DNA from: an uncultured Bacteroidota bacterium
GTDB taxonomy: Bacteria > Bacteroidota > Bacteroidia > AKYH767-A > JABDAW01
Assembly (NCBI GenBank): GCA_903844645.1
Contig: CAIMUP010000098.1
Span: 7,571-71,570, forward strand
Direction of reading: 5' to 3'
DNA: 64,000 nucleotides
The translations under genes were made by a program, and so were the position numbers. Of this stretch, positions 1 to 9,770 are shown one piece after another. Within the stretch, counting starts at the first letter, position 1; the number at the start of each line of letters is the position of its first letter. Under the pieces are notes generated by a model. That model did no database searches. It was not told the origin of the DNA and saw only the letters and a program-made list of their open reading frames with translations.

Positions 1-7
1 CCTCCTG

Positions 8-868
8 TTGTTTATGCAAAGCAAGATAGAAGAGCTTTTGCAGAACATCACTGATGCGGCTAAGGAGAACAATGAGTCTAATCGGTTCTTTATTACTATT
101 GACGGCGTGAGCGGATGCGGTAAAACCAACTTCGTTTATGAGTATTTGCAGGCGTTCTTGTTTGGTGAAGGAGTTATTAAAAGTTATCAGGAAAAGATTA
201 ATAAGATCGGCACCAGAGATTTAACTGAATACAACCTGAAAGGGCGTACTATTGAGGAAGTGATTATCGAAAAATTGCAAGGCTGTCGTGATAATATCCT
301 TATCATTGATGAATTTTCGGAGAAGGATAAGAATGCCAAGATGATTGCTGATATAATCAAAAGAATACACGCCAGCAGCGAGTATAAAAACACTGCCGTT
401 ATCTTGATGGGTGATTATAAGGACAATTCTAATTTCATTATTAAGTTTAAGCTGGATAAATTCTTCGAAAAGAAATACCGTATGAGCTTTTTTACTCCCA
501 GTTTCAGGCAGATAACAGAGATATTCGCGCTCTATGCTATGAAAAAAGGTGAATATTATATTACTGACAAGGCGAAGAACACCCTTATTTTCTACTTCAG
601 TAATGTAAAATTAATAAAGGAAACGAAAGCCAATCTATACAAAGCAGGTATCGTAAAAGCCAGTGCTGAAGAGCGAAAGTTTGGTTATACCAGCGAGATG
701 TTCCCTATTTATAAGGACTTGTTCAACATTAAAAATATGCGCGATGCGAATGATAAACTCATAGATCAGAAGGATATTTTTAACTGCAATAGTTACAAGC
801 GATTGTTGGATGACCTGAACCGATTCGCGCATCATCTTCCTGAAAAAAAGATGCCAGATCGCCGATAA
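8..868 (+). CDS. P-loop AAA+ ATPase (CbxX/SpoVK-like), function unknown
   Basis: Walker A GVSGCGKTN and Walker B LIIDEF in the translation. The frame is open to the window edge, so the true start is uncertain (first ATG at 14). Confidence 0.6.
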   Translation: MFMQSKIEELLQNITDAAKENNESNRFFITIDGVSGCGKTNFVYEYLQAFLFGEGVIKSYQEKINKIGTRDLTEYNLKGRTIEEVIIEKLQGCRDNILIIDEFSEKDKNAKMIADIIKRIHASSEYKNTAVILMGDYKDNSNFIIKFKLDKFFEKKYRMSFFTPSFRQITEIFALYAMKKGEYYITDKAKNTLIFYFSNVKLIKETKANLYKAGIVKASAEERKFGYTSEMFPIYKDLFNIKNMRDANDKLIDQKDIFNCNSYKRLLDDLNRFAHHLPEKKMPDRR

Positions 869-872
869 ATCC

Positions 873-880
873 TAACTTTG
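873..880 (+). promoter_or_regulatory. Bacteroidota -7 box TAACTTTG
   Basis: Matches TAnnTTTG, 29 nt upstream of ATG 909. Confidence 0.45.
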
Positions 881-908
881 CAGCCCAAGAATAATCTTAA
901 AGGCTGCT

Positions 909-2282
909 ATGTTAGATCAGGAAAAAATTAAACCGCAACTAAAAACTTTTGACCTTACGATGATTGTCGTAGGGTTAGTGATAGGTATGGGCATTTTTCG
1001 CAACCCTGTAGAAGTAGCGAATAAAGCAGGCATCCCGATCATCTTTTTTTTGGCTTGGATAACAGGTGCCGTCATTAGTTTTATCGGTGCCCTGACTTTT
1101 GCAGAGATCGGTTCGCGTTATCCGGTTGCTGGCGGCTTCTATAAAATCTTCTCACATTGTTATCATCCTGCGTTTGCGTTTATGGTGAACTGGATTATCG
1201 TCATGTCGAATGCCGGCGCGACGGCGTTAGTAGCCATTATGGGAGCAGAATATATCGCCCCGATTTTATTACCTGACATTCCGCGAAGCACTGCTATCTC
1301 CATCATTACTATCAGTTCTATTGCCGGATTATGGGTCATCAATATGGTCGGGATAAAGGTTTCTGCGAAACTCTTAAATGGATTAATGCTCATAAAAATA
1401 GCCATGCTGCTGCTGTTAATATCCGCTGTGTTCTTAATAAAAGGAGCTCCGAATAATCCGATTATCACGCCAGATAATCCTCCGTTAAAAGACATGGCAA
1501 CATGTTTCGCCCTGTGTTTTATACCCGTCTTTTTTACCTACGGAGGCTACCAAATGACGATGAACTTCGGTAACGACATTCAACATGCTCGGAAAACGAT
1601 GCCACGAGCCATCTTTTTCGGCATCACCATTATTTTACTGCTTTATTTAGCAGTGAATTTTTCTTATTTTAAGGTGTTGGGATTCTCGGGATTACAAAAT
1701 TCCAAGACGTTAGCATCCGATATTTGCGGCTTAATCTTCGGAGCGGTAGCGTACAAACTCGTCGCGGTGGTCATGTTTCTCTCCGTCATGGCGTATGTTA
1801 ATGTAGAACTTATGTCGAATCCCAGAATTTATTTCGCCATGGCGGATGACAAAATTTTACCTCCCATTTTCAAGCGGTTAAACCACAAAACGCAGGTACA
1901 AGAATTCGCCCTGACTCTGTTTTGCGTCTTTATTTTATTAACCTTATTCTTTATGAACTCCTTCAAAGCCCTTTTGGAATATGTCATGTTTTTCGACAGT
2001 ATTTCATTAATCGCTGCCGCCTCCGCCATTTTTATTTTAAGATATCGAGATAAAAAAGCCGAGATTACAAATCCCAATCCGCATCCGCCAACAGGTATTT
2101 TCAAGATAAAAGGCTACCCTTATTTGCCGGCACTCTATATAATGGTGTATTTAATCGTAAATATCAGCGTATTATATGCCAATCCCGAGGCAGCAATGTG
2201 GGGTTTCATCCTATTCATCTCCGGTTTGCCGCTCTATTATCTGATAAAATATATATTAAATAGGAACGCCGACAAGGTTTGA
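909..2282 (+). CDS. APC-family amino acid permease
   Basis: 457 aa with about 12 hydrophobic helices and an N-terminal GLVIGMGIF motif typical of amino acid/polyamine permeases. TAACTTTG box lies 29 nt upstream. Confidence 0.85.
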   Translation: MLDQEKIKPQLKTFDLTMIVVGLVIGMGIFRNPVEVANKAGIPIIFFLAWITGAVISFIGALTFAEIGSRYPVAGGFYKIFSHCYHPAFAFMVNWIIVMSNAGATALVAIMGAEYIAPILLPDIPRSTAISIITISSIAGLWVINMVGIKVSAKLLNGLMLIKIAMLLLLISAVFLIKGAPNNPIITPDNPPLKDMATCFALCFIPVFFTYGGYQMTMNFGNDIQHARKTMPRAIFFGITIILLLYLAVNFSYFKVLGFSGLQNSKTLASDICGLIFGAVAYKLVAVVMFLSVMAYVNVELMSNPRIYFAMADDKILPPIFKRLNHKTQVQEFALTLFCVFILLTLFFMNSFKALLEYVMFFDSISLIAAASAIFILRYRDKKAEITNPNPHPPTGIFKIKGYPYLPALYIMVYLIVNISVLYANPEAAMWGFILFISGLPLYYLIKYILNRNADKV

Positions 2283-2385
2283 TGCCATTTGATAAAAAGA
2301 TGACTAAACACGGAATAGTCACTACCGAACCTACCTTATATAAGGAGTGAATCGAAAAAAAGATGACAGAAAGCAGTTTGGATAA

Positions 2386-2763
2386 GACACGAAGTGGAAA
2401 TGTTAAGACACGAAGTAGTCAGGATGAGACATGAAGTAGTCAGGATGAGACTGTTCTTCGTCAGGATGAGACTCATCTTCGCCAGGATAAGACACAAAGT
2501 GGCCAGGATGAGACTGTTCTTCATCAGGATGAGACTGTTCTTCATCAGGAACAGACTGTTCTTCATCAGGAACAGACAGTTCTTCATCAGGAACAGAAGG
2601 AAACCAACGCGGATAAGAAGGAAAATAGCCACGTTAAGAAGGAAACCAACGCGGATAAGAAGGAAAGTAGCCACGTTAAGAAGGAAACCAACGCGGATAA
2701 GAAGGAAAGTGGCCACGTTAAGAAGGAAAGTAACGCGGATAAGAAGGAAAGTAACAGATGAGA
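2386..2763. repeat. 21-bp tandem array A, 18 units
   Basis: Units start at 2386+21n with no slip. Three unit families: gacacgaagtagtcaggatga, gactgttcttcatcaggaaca, and alternating gaaggaaaccaacgcggataa / gaaggaaagtagccacgttaa. Confidence 0.95.
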
Positions 2764-2870
2764 ACTTTGTTTAACCCATGTTCTTTCATCTTTTTTTCAC
2801 ATTCAGTCATCTTTTTTTCATTTTAAAGATGAAAAGTTCGCGGTTAGTTAATAAAAATTCCAAAAATAGT

Positions 2871-2878
2871 TACCTTTG
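2871..2878 (+). promoter_or_regulatory. -7 box TACCTTTG
   Basis: Matches TAnnTTTG, 32 nt upstream of ATG 2910. Confidence 0.45.
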
Positions 2879-2909
2879 CCGAACATACTAATTAAAATCT
2901 CCAGAAACG

Positions 2910-3638
2910 ATGCTAAAAAACCTGCCCCTAACTATCAACAAAAAACTTTTCGGTTTCCTCTTTTTAGGATTCATATTGGCAACCATCGTCGGCACCCTAT
3001 CCTTCGCGGTCGGAGGATTCATCGTCGCGAAATCATTAGGAATTGATGCCGGAATAAACTATCAAGGCTACCGAACCCGCATCGGCGAAAAAGAATTATG
3101 GGAGCACAGAATATATTTAATCAACATCCAACAAAAATACCACGACGAATTAAAAAATAACATAGATTTCCCCGAAAAATCAGCCTACGAACAACAATTA
3201 TTAATGCATAAAACCGCGGTGCGAGACAACAAATACATGCATTACGGAGCTACCGGCTTCCCAATAATAATCGGCACATTCGGTTTCATTCATCTTTTTT
3301 TATTTCGAAGAAAATACCAAGGAATAACTACCCTGAATTTCAAAAAATGGTTCTTCATATTCGTCACTTTGTTTTGGTTACGATCCATGTATGTTTTATT
3401 CGGATCCGGAATCTATTTATCCATCGCCTACCCCGATTATCACGGCGGTATTTTACCCTTTAATAATTCCGCATTCATCATCATTACCGGGCTTTTCGGC
3501 ACTATCGTTTTGAAAATAGTAGTCTTTAAATTCATACCCATATCCGAAAGATTAACCTTCCTCTTATCCGGCTTCGCGGGAGGCATCATCGGGTTTGGTT
3601 TATGGTTCTCCATCCTCGGGAAATACTTGCTACCATAA
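2910..3638 (+). CDS. multi-pass membrane protein, unknown function
   Basis: 242 aa with several hydrophobic helices and no recognisable catalytic motif. Confidence 0.5.
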   Translation: MLKNLPLTINKKLFGFLFLGFILATIVGTLSFAVGGFIVAKSLGIDAGINYQGYRTRIGEKELWEHRIYLINIQQKYHDELKNNIDFPEKSAYEQQLLMHKTAVRDNKYMHYGATGFPIIIGTFGFIHLFLFRRKYQGITTLNFKKWFFIFVTLFWLRSMYVLFGSGIYLSIAYPDYHGGILPFNNSAFIIITGLFGTIVLKIVVFKFIPISERLTFLLSGFAGGIIGFGLWFSILGKYLLP

Positions 3639-3684
3639 TATTTTATTTTCATACTATCGAAGAATAAATGCGCGGATATAATTG

Positions 3685-3692
3685 TATCTTTG
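3685..3692 (+). promoter_or_regulatory. -7 box TATCTTTG (trpS)
   Basis: Matches TAnnTTTG, 19 nt upstream of ATG 3711. Confidence 0.5.
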
Positions 3693-3710
3693 CGCCCTAA
3701 TATTTTAAGT

Positions 3711-4706
3711 ATGGAAACAGTCGTAAGTGGTATTCGCTCCACCGGGAACTTGCATCTCGGTAACTATTTTGGTGCGATAAAGAATTTTTTAAAGATGCAA
3801 CATGAAAATAATTGTTACTTTTTCATTGCCGATTATCACTCCCTCACCACGCATCCTAATCCCTCCGACCTGCACGATAAAGTGAAGCAAGTTTTAGTAG
3901 AATATCTCGCCTGCGGCATAGACCCCGAGGCAGCAACCATCTACATCCAGAGCGATTTACCAGAGATTGCCGAGCTGTATTTATTGATGAATATGAATGC
4001 CTATATCGGCGAGCTGGAAAGGTGTACATCCTTCAAAGAAAAGATACGAAAACACTCCGATAATATTAATGCCGGTTTGCTTACATATCCTGTTTTGATG
4101 GCAGCCGATATTCTTATCCACCGTGCACATAAAGTCCCTGTTGGTAAGGATCAGGAACAACATCTGGAGATGACGAGGCAGTTCGGAAATCGCTTCAACA
4201 GGATTTATTCGGTTGATTATTTCCCCGAACCGGTTGCGTTTAATTTCGGGACAGAACTGGTTAAGATTCCGGGATTAGATGGCAGCGGAAAAATGGGTAA
4301 ATCAGAGGGCGAAGGCAATGCGATTTTCTTGTTTGATACCGCAGTAGCCATCCGTAAGAAAGTGATGAAAGCCGTTACAGATACAGGTCCTACGCAACTG
4401 AATCAAACCAAGCCGGAGGTGATAGAGAATCTTTTTAAATTGATGAATGCCGTCTCGAAACCAGATACCATTTCCTATTTTGATGAACAATATAACGCCA
4501 TGACCATACGCTACGGCGACCTGAAGAAACAGTTGGCAGAAGATATGGTATTGTTCACCGCGCCATTCAGAGAGAAGATTCTGGAACTGCTTAGTAATAA
4601 CGATTATATCAATAAAGTCGTCCGCCAGGGAGCAGAAAAAGCCCACGAAAGCGGACGTAAAACCGTGAAGGAAGTACGAGAAATTATCGGGTTAAAATCA
4701 TTTTAG
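3711..4706 (+). CDS. trpS: tryptophan--tRNA ligase
   Basis: Class I synthetase motifs: GNLHLGNY (HIGH-like) and KMGKS (KMSKS). Start moved to ATG 3711 because the track start at 3690 lies inside the TATCTTTG box. Confidence 0.95.
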   Translation: METVVSGIRSTGNLHLGNYFGAIKNFLKMQHENNCYFFIADYHSLTTHPNPSDLHDKVKQVLVEYLACGIDPEAATIYIQSDLPEIAELYLLMNMNAYIGELERCTSFKEKIRKHSDNINAGLLTYPVLMAADILIHRAHKVPVGKDQEQHLEMTRQFGNRFNRIYSVDYFPEPVAFNFGTELVKIPGLDGSGKMGKSEGEGNAIFLFDTAVAIRKKVMKAVTDTGPTQLNQTKPEVIENLFKLMNAVSKPDTISYFDEQYNAMTIRYGDLKKQLAEDMVLFTAPFREKILELLSNNDYINKVVRQGAEKAHESGRKTVKEVREIIGLKSF

Positions 4707-4771
4707 TTCAGGGAATAATCTTCCCTCCTTTTTTCTATCTTCGCCCCCTGATTAATTACATAAAAAAAACA

Positions 4772-7645
4772 ATGTCTGAATATACATTTGCCGACCGACA
4801 TATTGGTCCTGATGCCGCTGAAATAAAGGAAATGCTTGCTTCGATAGGGGTAAGCTCTTTGGATGAATTGATTGCCCAAACCATCCCGGAATCTATCCGA
4901 TTAAAGAAACCACTCAACCTCCCCGAAGCACAAAGTGAGTACGAGTTCCTGAATGAATTGCGCTTGATAGCAGCTAATAACAAGGTCTTCCATTCCTATA
5001 TCGGCATGGGATATTATAATACCATTATGCCTACTGTCATCCAACGAAATATCTTTGAAAACCCAGGCTGGTACACTGCTTATACTCCTTATCAGGCAGA
5101 GATTGCGCAAGGAAGATTAGAGGCTTTGCTGAATTATCAGACGATGATTATAGATCTAACAGGTATGGATATCGCGAATGCATCTTTACTCGATGAAGCT
5201 ACTGCTGCGGCTGAAGCCATGCATATTATGCACTCTAATTCTGATAATAAAACCGCCGATGGCAAGCATGCTAATTTGTTTTTTGTATCAGAAGATTGTT
5301 TTCCCCAAACGATTGATGTGTTGAAGACAAGGGCAAATCCATTAGGGATTGAATTGGTCATTGGCAACCATCATTCACATAAATTTGATGAAAGATATTT
5401 CGGTGCATTGATTCAATATCCTGCCAGCAGCGGGGAGATTTACAACTATGCTTCTTTTGTAAAGGATGCTCATACATTGCATATTCAGGTTGCTGTTGCC
5501 GCAGATTTGATGAGTCTTTGTTTACTCACTCCGCCCGGTGAATGGGGTGCGGATATTGTTCTTGGAAACACGCAACGCTTCGGTGTTCCGATGGGGTATG
5601 GTGGTCCTCACGCCGCGTTCTTTGCGGCTAAAGAACATTACAAAAGAACCATGCCCGGAAGGATTATAGGTGTCTCTCAAGATGCTCATGGAAACCGTGC
5701 CTTGCGAATGGCTTTGCAAACTCGCGAGCAACATATCCGCAGGGATAAGGCGACTTCAAATATTTGTACAGCACAGGTTCTTCTCGCTGTCATTGCAGGG
5801 ATGTATGCAGTATATCATGGTCCGGCGGGCTTGAAAGCTATTGCAAAAAGAATACATGATAACACCACTGTTCTTGCTACTACGCTGAAGAGTTTGGGTT
5901 ATGAGATATTAAATAAAACATATTTCGATACTATTAATATCAGCGTTACCAAGGATCAAAAGACAAACATAAATTCCTTAGCATTGAAGCAGGGAATTAA
6001 CTTTAATTACATTCATGAAGGACGTATTTCTATTAGCATTGATGAGATAACTACTTTGAAAGATTTGAAGATAATCCTCTCCATTTTTGCTTTGGCGAAT
6101 GCTAAGGGAGCGAAAGATTATTCTATAAAAAATCCCTCGACTATCATTCCTTCTTATCTTGCAAGGACATCTTCTTACCTGACTCATCCAGTATTTAATA
6201 CGCATCATTCAGAGACTGAAATGCTTAGGTACATCACGAAGTTAGAGAACAAAGATTTATCTTTGAATCACAGTATGATTGCTCTCGGTTCCTGCACTAT
6301 GAAGCTGAATGCGACATCAGAGATGATGCCTTTGAGCTGGAGAACATTCAGTTATATTCATCCATTCACTCCGCTCGATCAAGTGAAAGGATATAGTCAA
6401 GTCATTAAAGAATTGGAAGGATTTCTTTGTGAGATTACTGGCTTTGATGGAGTTTCTTTGCAGCCGAATTCCGGTGCGCAGGGAGAGTATGCAGGCTTAT
6501 TAACGATAAGAGCTTATCATCACAGCAGAAAGGATTTCCATCGTAATGTTGTTCTCATTCCTCAATCGGCACATGGTACTAATCCCGCAACTGCCGTGAT
6601 GTGTGGGATGAAAGTTGTCGTCGTGAAATGCGAAGGAGAAGGTGATATTGACATTAATGATTTAAGAGAGAAAGCAACTGCTAACAAAGACAATCTTGCC
6701 GCTCTCATGGTTACCTATCCTTCTACACATGGGGTATTCGAGGAAGGTATTTCCGAAATTACAAAAATCATTCACGAGAATGGTGGACAAGTTTATATGG
6801 ATGGCGCGAACATGAATGCACAAGTTGGCTTGACAAACCCTGCGATGATTGGTGCCGATGTCTGCCATATTAATCTTCACAAAACATTTTCCATTCCTCA
6901 TGGTGGTGGTGGTCCGGGTATGGGTCCTATTGGTGTTGCGAAACATTTGGTTCCGTTCCTTCCTGGGCATGCTGTGGTGAAAGTTGGAGGTGCTACACAT
7001 GCTGTTTCTGCGGCTCCTTGGGGTAGTGCGAGCATCCTTTTAATTTCTTATGCTTACATGAAAATGCTTGGTGGAACCGGTTGTACAAATGCTACGAAGA
7101 TCGCGATTCTGAATGCAAATTATATCAAATCAAAATTAGAATCTCACTATCCTGTTTTATATACTGGAGCGAATGGACGAGTTGCGCATGAAATGATTCT
7201 CGATTGCCGTCAATTCAAATTAGCATCTGGTGTGGAAGTTGAAGACATTGCTAAAAGGCTGATGGATTATGGCTTTCATGCTCCTACAATTTCATTCCCT
7301 GTTGCAGGAACTATCATGGTGGAGCCTACCGAAAGCGAGCCTAAAGAAGAATTGGATAGGTTCATTGATACCTTAATTCATATCCGAAAGGAGATTCAAG
7401 AAATAATTGATGGCAAAGCCGACAAGGTGGATAATGTCTTGAAGAATGCGCCACATACTCCCTTCGAGGCGATGGCTGATGAATGGAAACATTCCTATTC
7501 CCGCACAAAGGCAGTCTATCCTGCTCCATGGATCAAAGAAAATAAATTCTGGGTTCCGGTGGGCAGAGTGGACAATGCTTTTGGCGACCGCAACTTCGTT
7601 TGTGCCTGCCCTCCGATAGAAAGTTATACCGAGGAATTGGTATAA
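4772..7645 (+). CDS. gcvP: glycine dehydrogenase (decarboxylating), single-chain P protein
   Basis: 957 aa. Full-length match by eye to GcvP, including the NLHKTF PLP-lysine motif. Confidence 0.97.
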   Translation: MSEYTFADRHIGPDAAEIKEMLASIGVSSLDELIAQTIPESIRLKKPLNLPEAQSEYEFLNELRLIAANNKVFHSYIGMGYYNTIMPTVIQRNIFENPGWYTAYTPYQAEIAQGRLEALLNYQTMIIDLTGMDIANASLLDEATAAAEAMHIMHSNSDNKTADGKHANLFFVSEDCFPQTIDVLKTRANPLGIELVIGNHHSHKFDERYFGALIQYPASSGEIYNYASFVKDAHTLHIQVAVAADLMSLCLLTPPGEWGADIVLGNTQRFGVPMGYGGPHAAFFAAKEHYKRTMPGRIIGVSQDAHGNRALRMALQTREQHIRRDKATSNICTAQVLLAVIAGMYAVYHGPAGLKAIAKRIHDNTTVLATTLKSLGYEILNKTYFDTINISVTKDQKTNINSLALKQGINFNYIHEGRISISIDEITTLKDLKIILSIFALANAKGAKDYSIKNPSTIIPSYLARTSSYLTHPVFNTHHSETEMLRYITKLENKDLSLNHSMIALGSCTMKLNATSEMMPLSWRTFSYIHPFTPLDQVKGYSQVIKELEGFLCEITGFDGVSLQPNSGAQGEYAGLLTIRAYHHSRKDFHRNVVLIPQSAHGTNPATAVMCGMKVVVVKCEGEGDIDINDLREKATANKDNLAALMVTYPSTHGVFEEGISEITKIIHENGGQVYMDGANMNAQVGLTNPAMIGADVCHINLHKTFSIPHGGGGPGMGPIGVAKHLVPFLPGHAVVKVGGATHAVSAAPWGSASILLISYAYMKMLGGTGCTNATKIAILNANYIKSKLESHYPVLYTGANGRVAHEMILDCRQFKLASGVEVEDIAKRLMDYGFHAPTISFPVAGTIMVEPTESEPKEELDRFIDTLIHIRKEIQEIIDGKADKVDNVLKNAPHTPFEAMADEWKHSYSRTKAVYPAPWIKENKFWVPVGRVDNAFGDRNFVCACPPIESYTEELV

Positions 7646-7771
7646 TCACAACCCTTGTGGTTGTCCGATAATACTATTCAGCATCTTTTTATTGCTGCAC
7701 CGCAAGGGCGGATGCAATCATAAAAGGAATAGGTCGGGATTACAAATCCCGATCAGCGGGATAGTAGGAGA

Positions 7772-7993
7772 TCAATGAACAGTAGCATCATTACCAGATG
7801 TTCCGCCGGCAGATTGAATACCCCAACCATTCTGTTCGGTACCAATCATAATATAACTATCACCGCTCGCATTGTCGGTAAAGGTAATGGTTTCCGTACC
7901 ATCTGGTGCGATGGAATCAGATTTGATAATGATATTTTTTCCACTCGTGTGCACTCCTATTGATAGGAGAATTGCAATAATAATTTCTAACAT
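7772..7993 (-). CDS. small hypothetical protein with N-terminal hydrophobic segment
   Basis: 73-aa ORF. A TATTTTTG box on the minus strand at 8030-8037 lies 36 nt upstream of the ATG. Confidence 0.4.
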   Translation of the reverse strand: MLEIIIAILLSIGVHTSGKNIIIKSDSIAPDGTETITFTDNASGDSYIMIGTEQNGWGIQSAGGTSGNDATVH

Positions 7994-8135
7994 AGCTTAT
8001 AGTTTTTGATTATTTTTTACAAAAATAGGGAATGTTATTATACCATCCAAATTTATTTTAAAAACCTTTCATTCTTCACTATTATTTTTTCACAATTCAC
8101 TTCCTTTCCTATCATTGCATCTTATAATTAAGGAT

Positions 8136-8510
8136 ATGAAGAAGAAAATTGTTGAGGTAACTAAGAAGGCGTGGGAGGTGAAGAAGAAGGTGAAGCTGCC
8201 GAGGATTCGGCGTACCGATAAGCAGCTATTGGCGGCGGCGGTGAAGGATTTGAAGTCTGTCGCTATATCGAAAATGATTGAAATGATACCTGTAAATAAG
8301 CGTCCGGAGTTTATCGGTTTGTTGGATGGCATCCGGATTAATCAATCCGAAGTTCAGAAGGTTTCCTGGATAATGATTGCTAATGAAGGCTTCGCAAGGG
8401 GCAAATCTATTAAGGAATCGGTCATTAAAAACGAACTTTCTGAAGACGTTATTGAGGAATTGTTCAATAAATATTGGGGGATTATTCCTTCTAAAAGGAA
8501 GAAGAAATAG
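8136..8510 (+). CDS. hypothetical lysine-rich protein
   Basis: 124 aa from ATG 8136. The TTG at 8115 overlaps a TATCATTG box. Both termini are basic (KKK runs). No known motif. Confidence 0.45.
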   Translation: MKKKIVEVTKKAWEVKKKVKLPRIRRTDKQLLAAAVKDLKSVAISKMIEMIPVNKRPEFIGLLDGIRINQSEVQKVSWIMIANEGFARGKSIKESVIKNELSEDVIEELFNKYWGIIPSKRKKK

Positions 8511-8676
8511 TTTTTAAGTTTTTCTTTCAGGCTTATTTATAGGAGTCGGTAAATTTTTGTAAAGCATTGCGATCAGTGGCTTTAAGAATACATTCCAGAA
8601 GATAAAGCGGAAAGGAAATAGTACTGTTTTCAGGATTTCTGCCAGAAATAGTTTTGGCTGGCATGTACTATCGCCG

Positions 8677-8684
8677 TAATTTTG
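8677..8684 (+). promoter_or_regulatory. -7 box TAATTTTG upstream of array B and ORF 8926
   Basis: Matches TAnnTTTG. No other match lies between it and ATG 8926. Confidence 0.45.
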
Positions 8685-8732
8685 CGCCATCGAATTAAAA
8701 AATGAGAACCGAAAGATTAGATAATAACTTGA

Positions 8733-8894
8733 GAAACGTTCCGGAAGCTCTTGGGGGACGACCGGAAGGGGTTCGGGGACGCCAGGAAGGGCTTGGGGGA
8801 CGACCGGAAGGGGTTCGGGGACGCCAGGAAGGGGTTCGGGGACGACAGGAAGGGCTTGGGGGACGACAGGAAGGGCTTGGGGGACGACAAAAAC
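8733..8894. repeat. 21-bp tandem array B, about 7 units, G-tract rich
   Basis: ggggacgaccggaaggggttc / ggggacgccaggaagggcttg, with units starting at 8754, 8775, 8796, 8817, 8838, 8859 and 8880. Confidence 0.95.
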
Positions 8895-8925
8895 TAAAAT
8901 TTACTTAAATTTAAATTTATAAAAT

Positions 8926-9690
8926 ATGGCAAGAATTAAAAAAGTATTAGTATTAAGAGATTATGTAGAAATTACAAACCATCAGGAGTTGTTGGACTTT
9001 ATCAATCAATGTATATCCAAAGGTTTGTTGGCGGCATTATTCATGAATCCGAATATCCTGACCGCCTTTTATACATCAGGCAGCACTGCGGCGGCAGCTC
9101 TTTTGCTTGCCATTAATAATTATAAAGCGTCTCCTATCAAGGCCAATTTGGACATCGTGGAGGCGAAAATGGCGTTGGTAGTTATTTGGTTAGACAGTTA
9201 TTCTGATCAGGTAGAAACCATTTCTAATGCACCTGCTAACCGCACTACTCGCGAGGAAGCTGGTGCTAACATCGAGCTTGCCGGTCTTCAACATCAGGCA
9301 TTAACGGCAACAAAAAAAGGAACGCCAGTAACGCCAACTTTTACTGCAAAAAATACCGGCGGCGGCGGCAATGCCGAAATAGAAGTAACGAATGGCAAAA
9401 CCGTGAAACCAAACCTGACCCACTTTATATTAGTGGAAATCCCCGTCGGCACCGACCCCGTAACCCACGAACCGATACTTCCGGCAGTGGTATCTTTACG
9501 AGCTAACGGACAGATTTCTGTGAGTTGTACCGTGCCCGTTCGGGTAGAAACCATCGCGATGGCAGGCAAAGGAAAAATCACGAAGATAAGCCACCTCGCT
9601 ACCGGCATCAGCTACAATGTCTATGGCATTACCAAAAACGGCAAGACATTAATCAGTGCCCTGTCGGCAGCTGTACTGCTGAAGATGTAA
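8926..9690 (+). CDS. hypothetical protein, helical N-domain plus FN3/Ig-like C-domain
   Basis: 254 aa with no signal peptide. The C-terminal beta-rich part ends in a pattern like the last FN3 strands (HLATGISYNVYGITKNGK). Confidence 0.6.
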   Translation: MARIKKVLVLRDYVEITNHQELLDFINQCISKGLLAALFMNPNILTAFYTSGSTAAAALLLAINNYKASPIKANLDIVEAKMALVVIWLDSYSDQVETISNAPANRTTREEAGANIELAGLQHQALTATKKGTPVTPTFTAKNTGGGGNAEIEVTNGKTVKPNLTHFILVEIPVGTDPVTHEPILPAVVSLRANGQISVSCTVPVRVETIAMAGKGKITKISHLATGISYNVYGITKNGKTLISALSAAVLLKM

Positions 9691-9699
9691 TGCAATTTT

Positions 9700-9749
9700 A
9701 TCATCCTTTTATGACAGCGACCTTTTGGGAGCTGCGATAAAAGGATGAT
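9700..9749. terminator. 12-bp perfect stem with 26-nt loop between convergent genes
   Basis: atcatcctttta (9700-9711) pairs with taaaaggatgat (9738-9749). Confidence 0.35.
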
Positions 9750-9770
9750 GATTTAACTCCTTTTAATCCC

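Noticed and set aside
8-868. AAA+ ATPase at the window edge as part of a defence or novel system
   Set aside because: Only Walker A/B motifs are visible. The upstream context lies outside the window, and the downstream neighbour is an ordinary amino acid permease with its own promoter. There is not enough evidence.
2336-2774. Long ORFs on both strands through array A (2336-2716 minus, 2394-2774 plus), with heptad-repeat peptides
   Set aside because: A 21-bp unit equals 7 codons. Any unit lacking a stop in a frame therefore keeps that frame open across the whole array. Openness on both strands and the low-complexity translations argue against real genes. The same applies to 12078-12350, 31343-31642/31395-31589, 35332-35697/35363-35836, 49157-49439, 52748-52990 and 60177-60480.
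4707-4771. Glycine riboswitch upstream of gcvP
   Set aside because: The spacer is only 65 nt and lacks the paired aptamer structure. It is too short for a tandem or even a single glycine aptamer.
7680-7765. Hairpins after gcvP (ttgctgcaccgc-aag-ggcggatgcaa and tcggga-ttacaaa-tcccga) as a dispersed repeat family
   Set aside because: Only one copy of each is present in this window. They are most simply read as the gcvP terminator region. A genome-wide count would be needed to claim a family.
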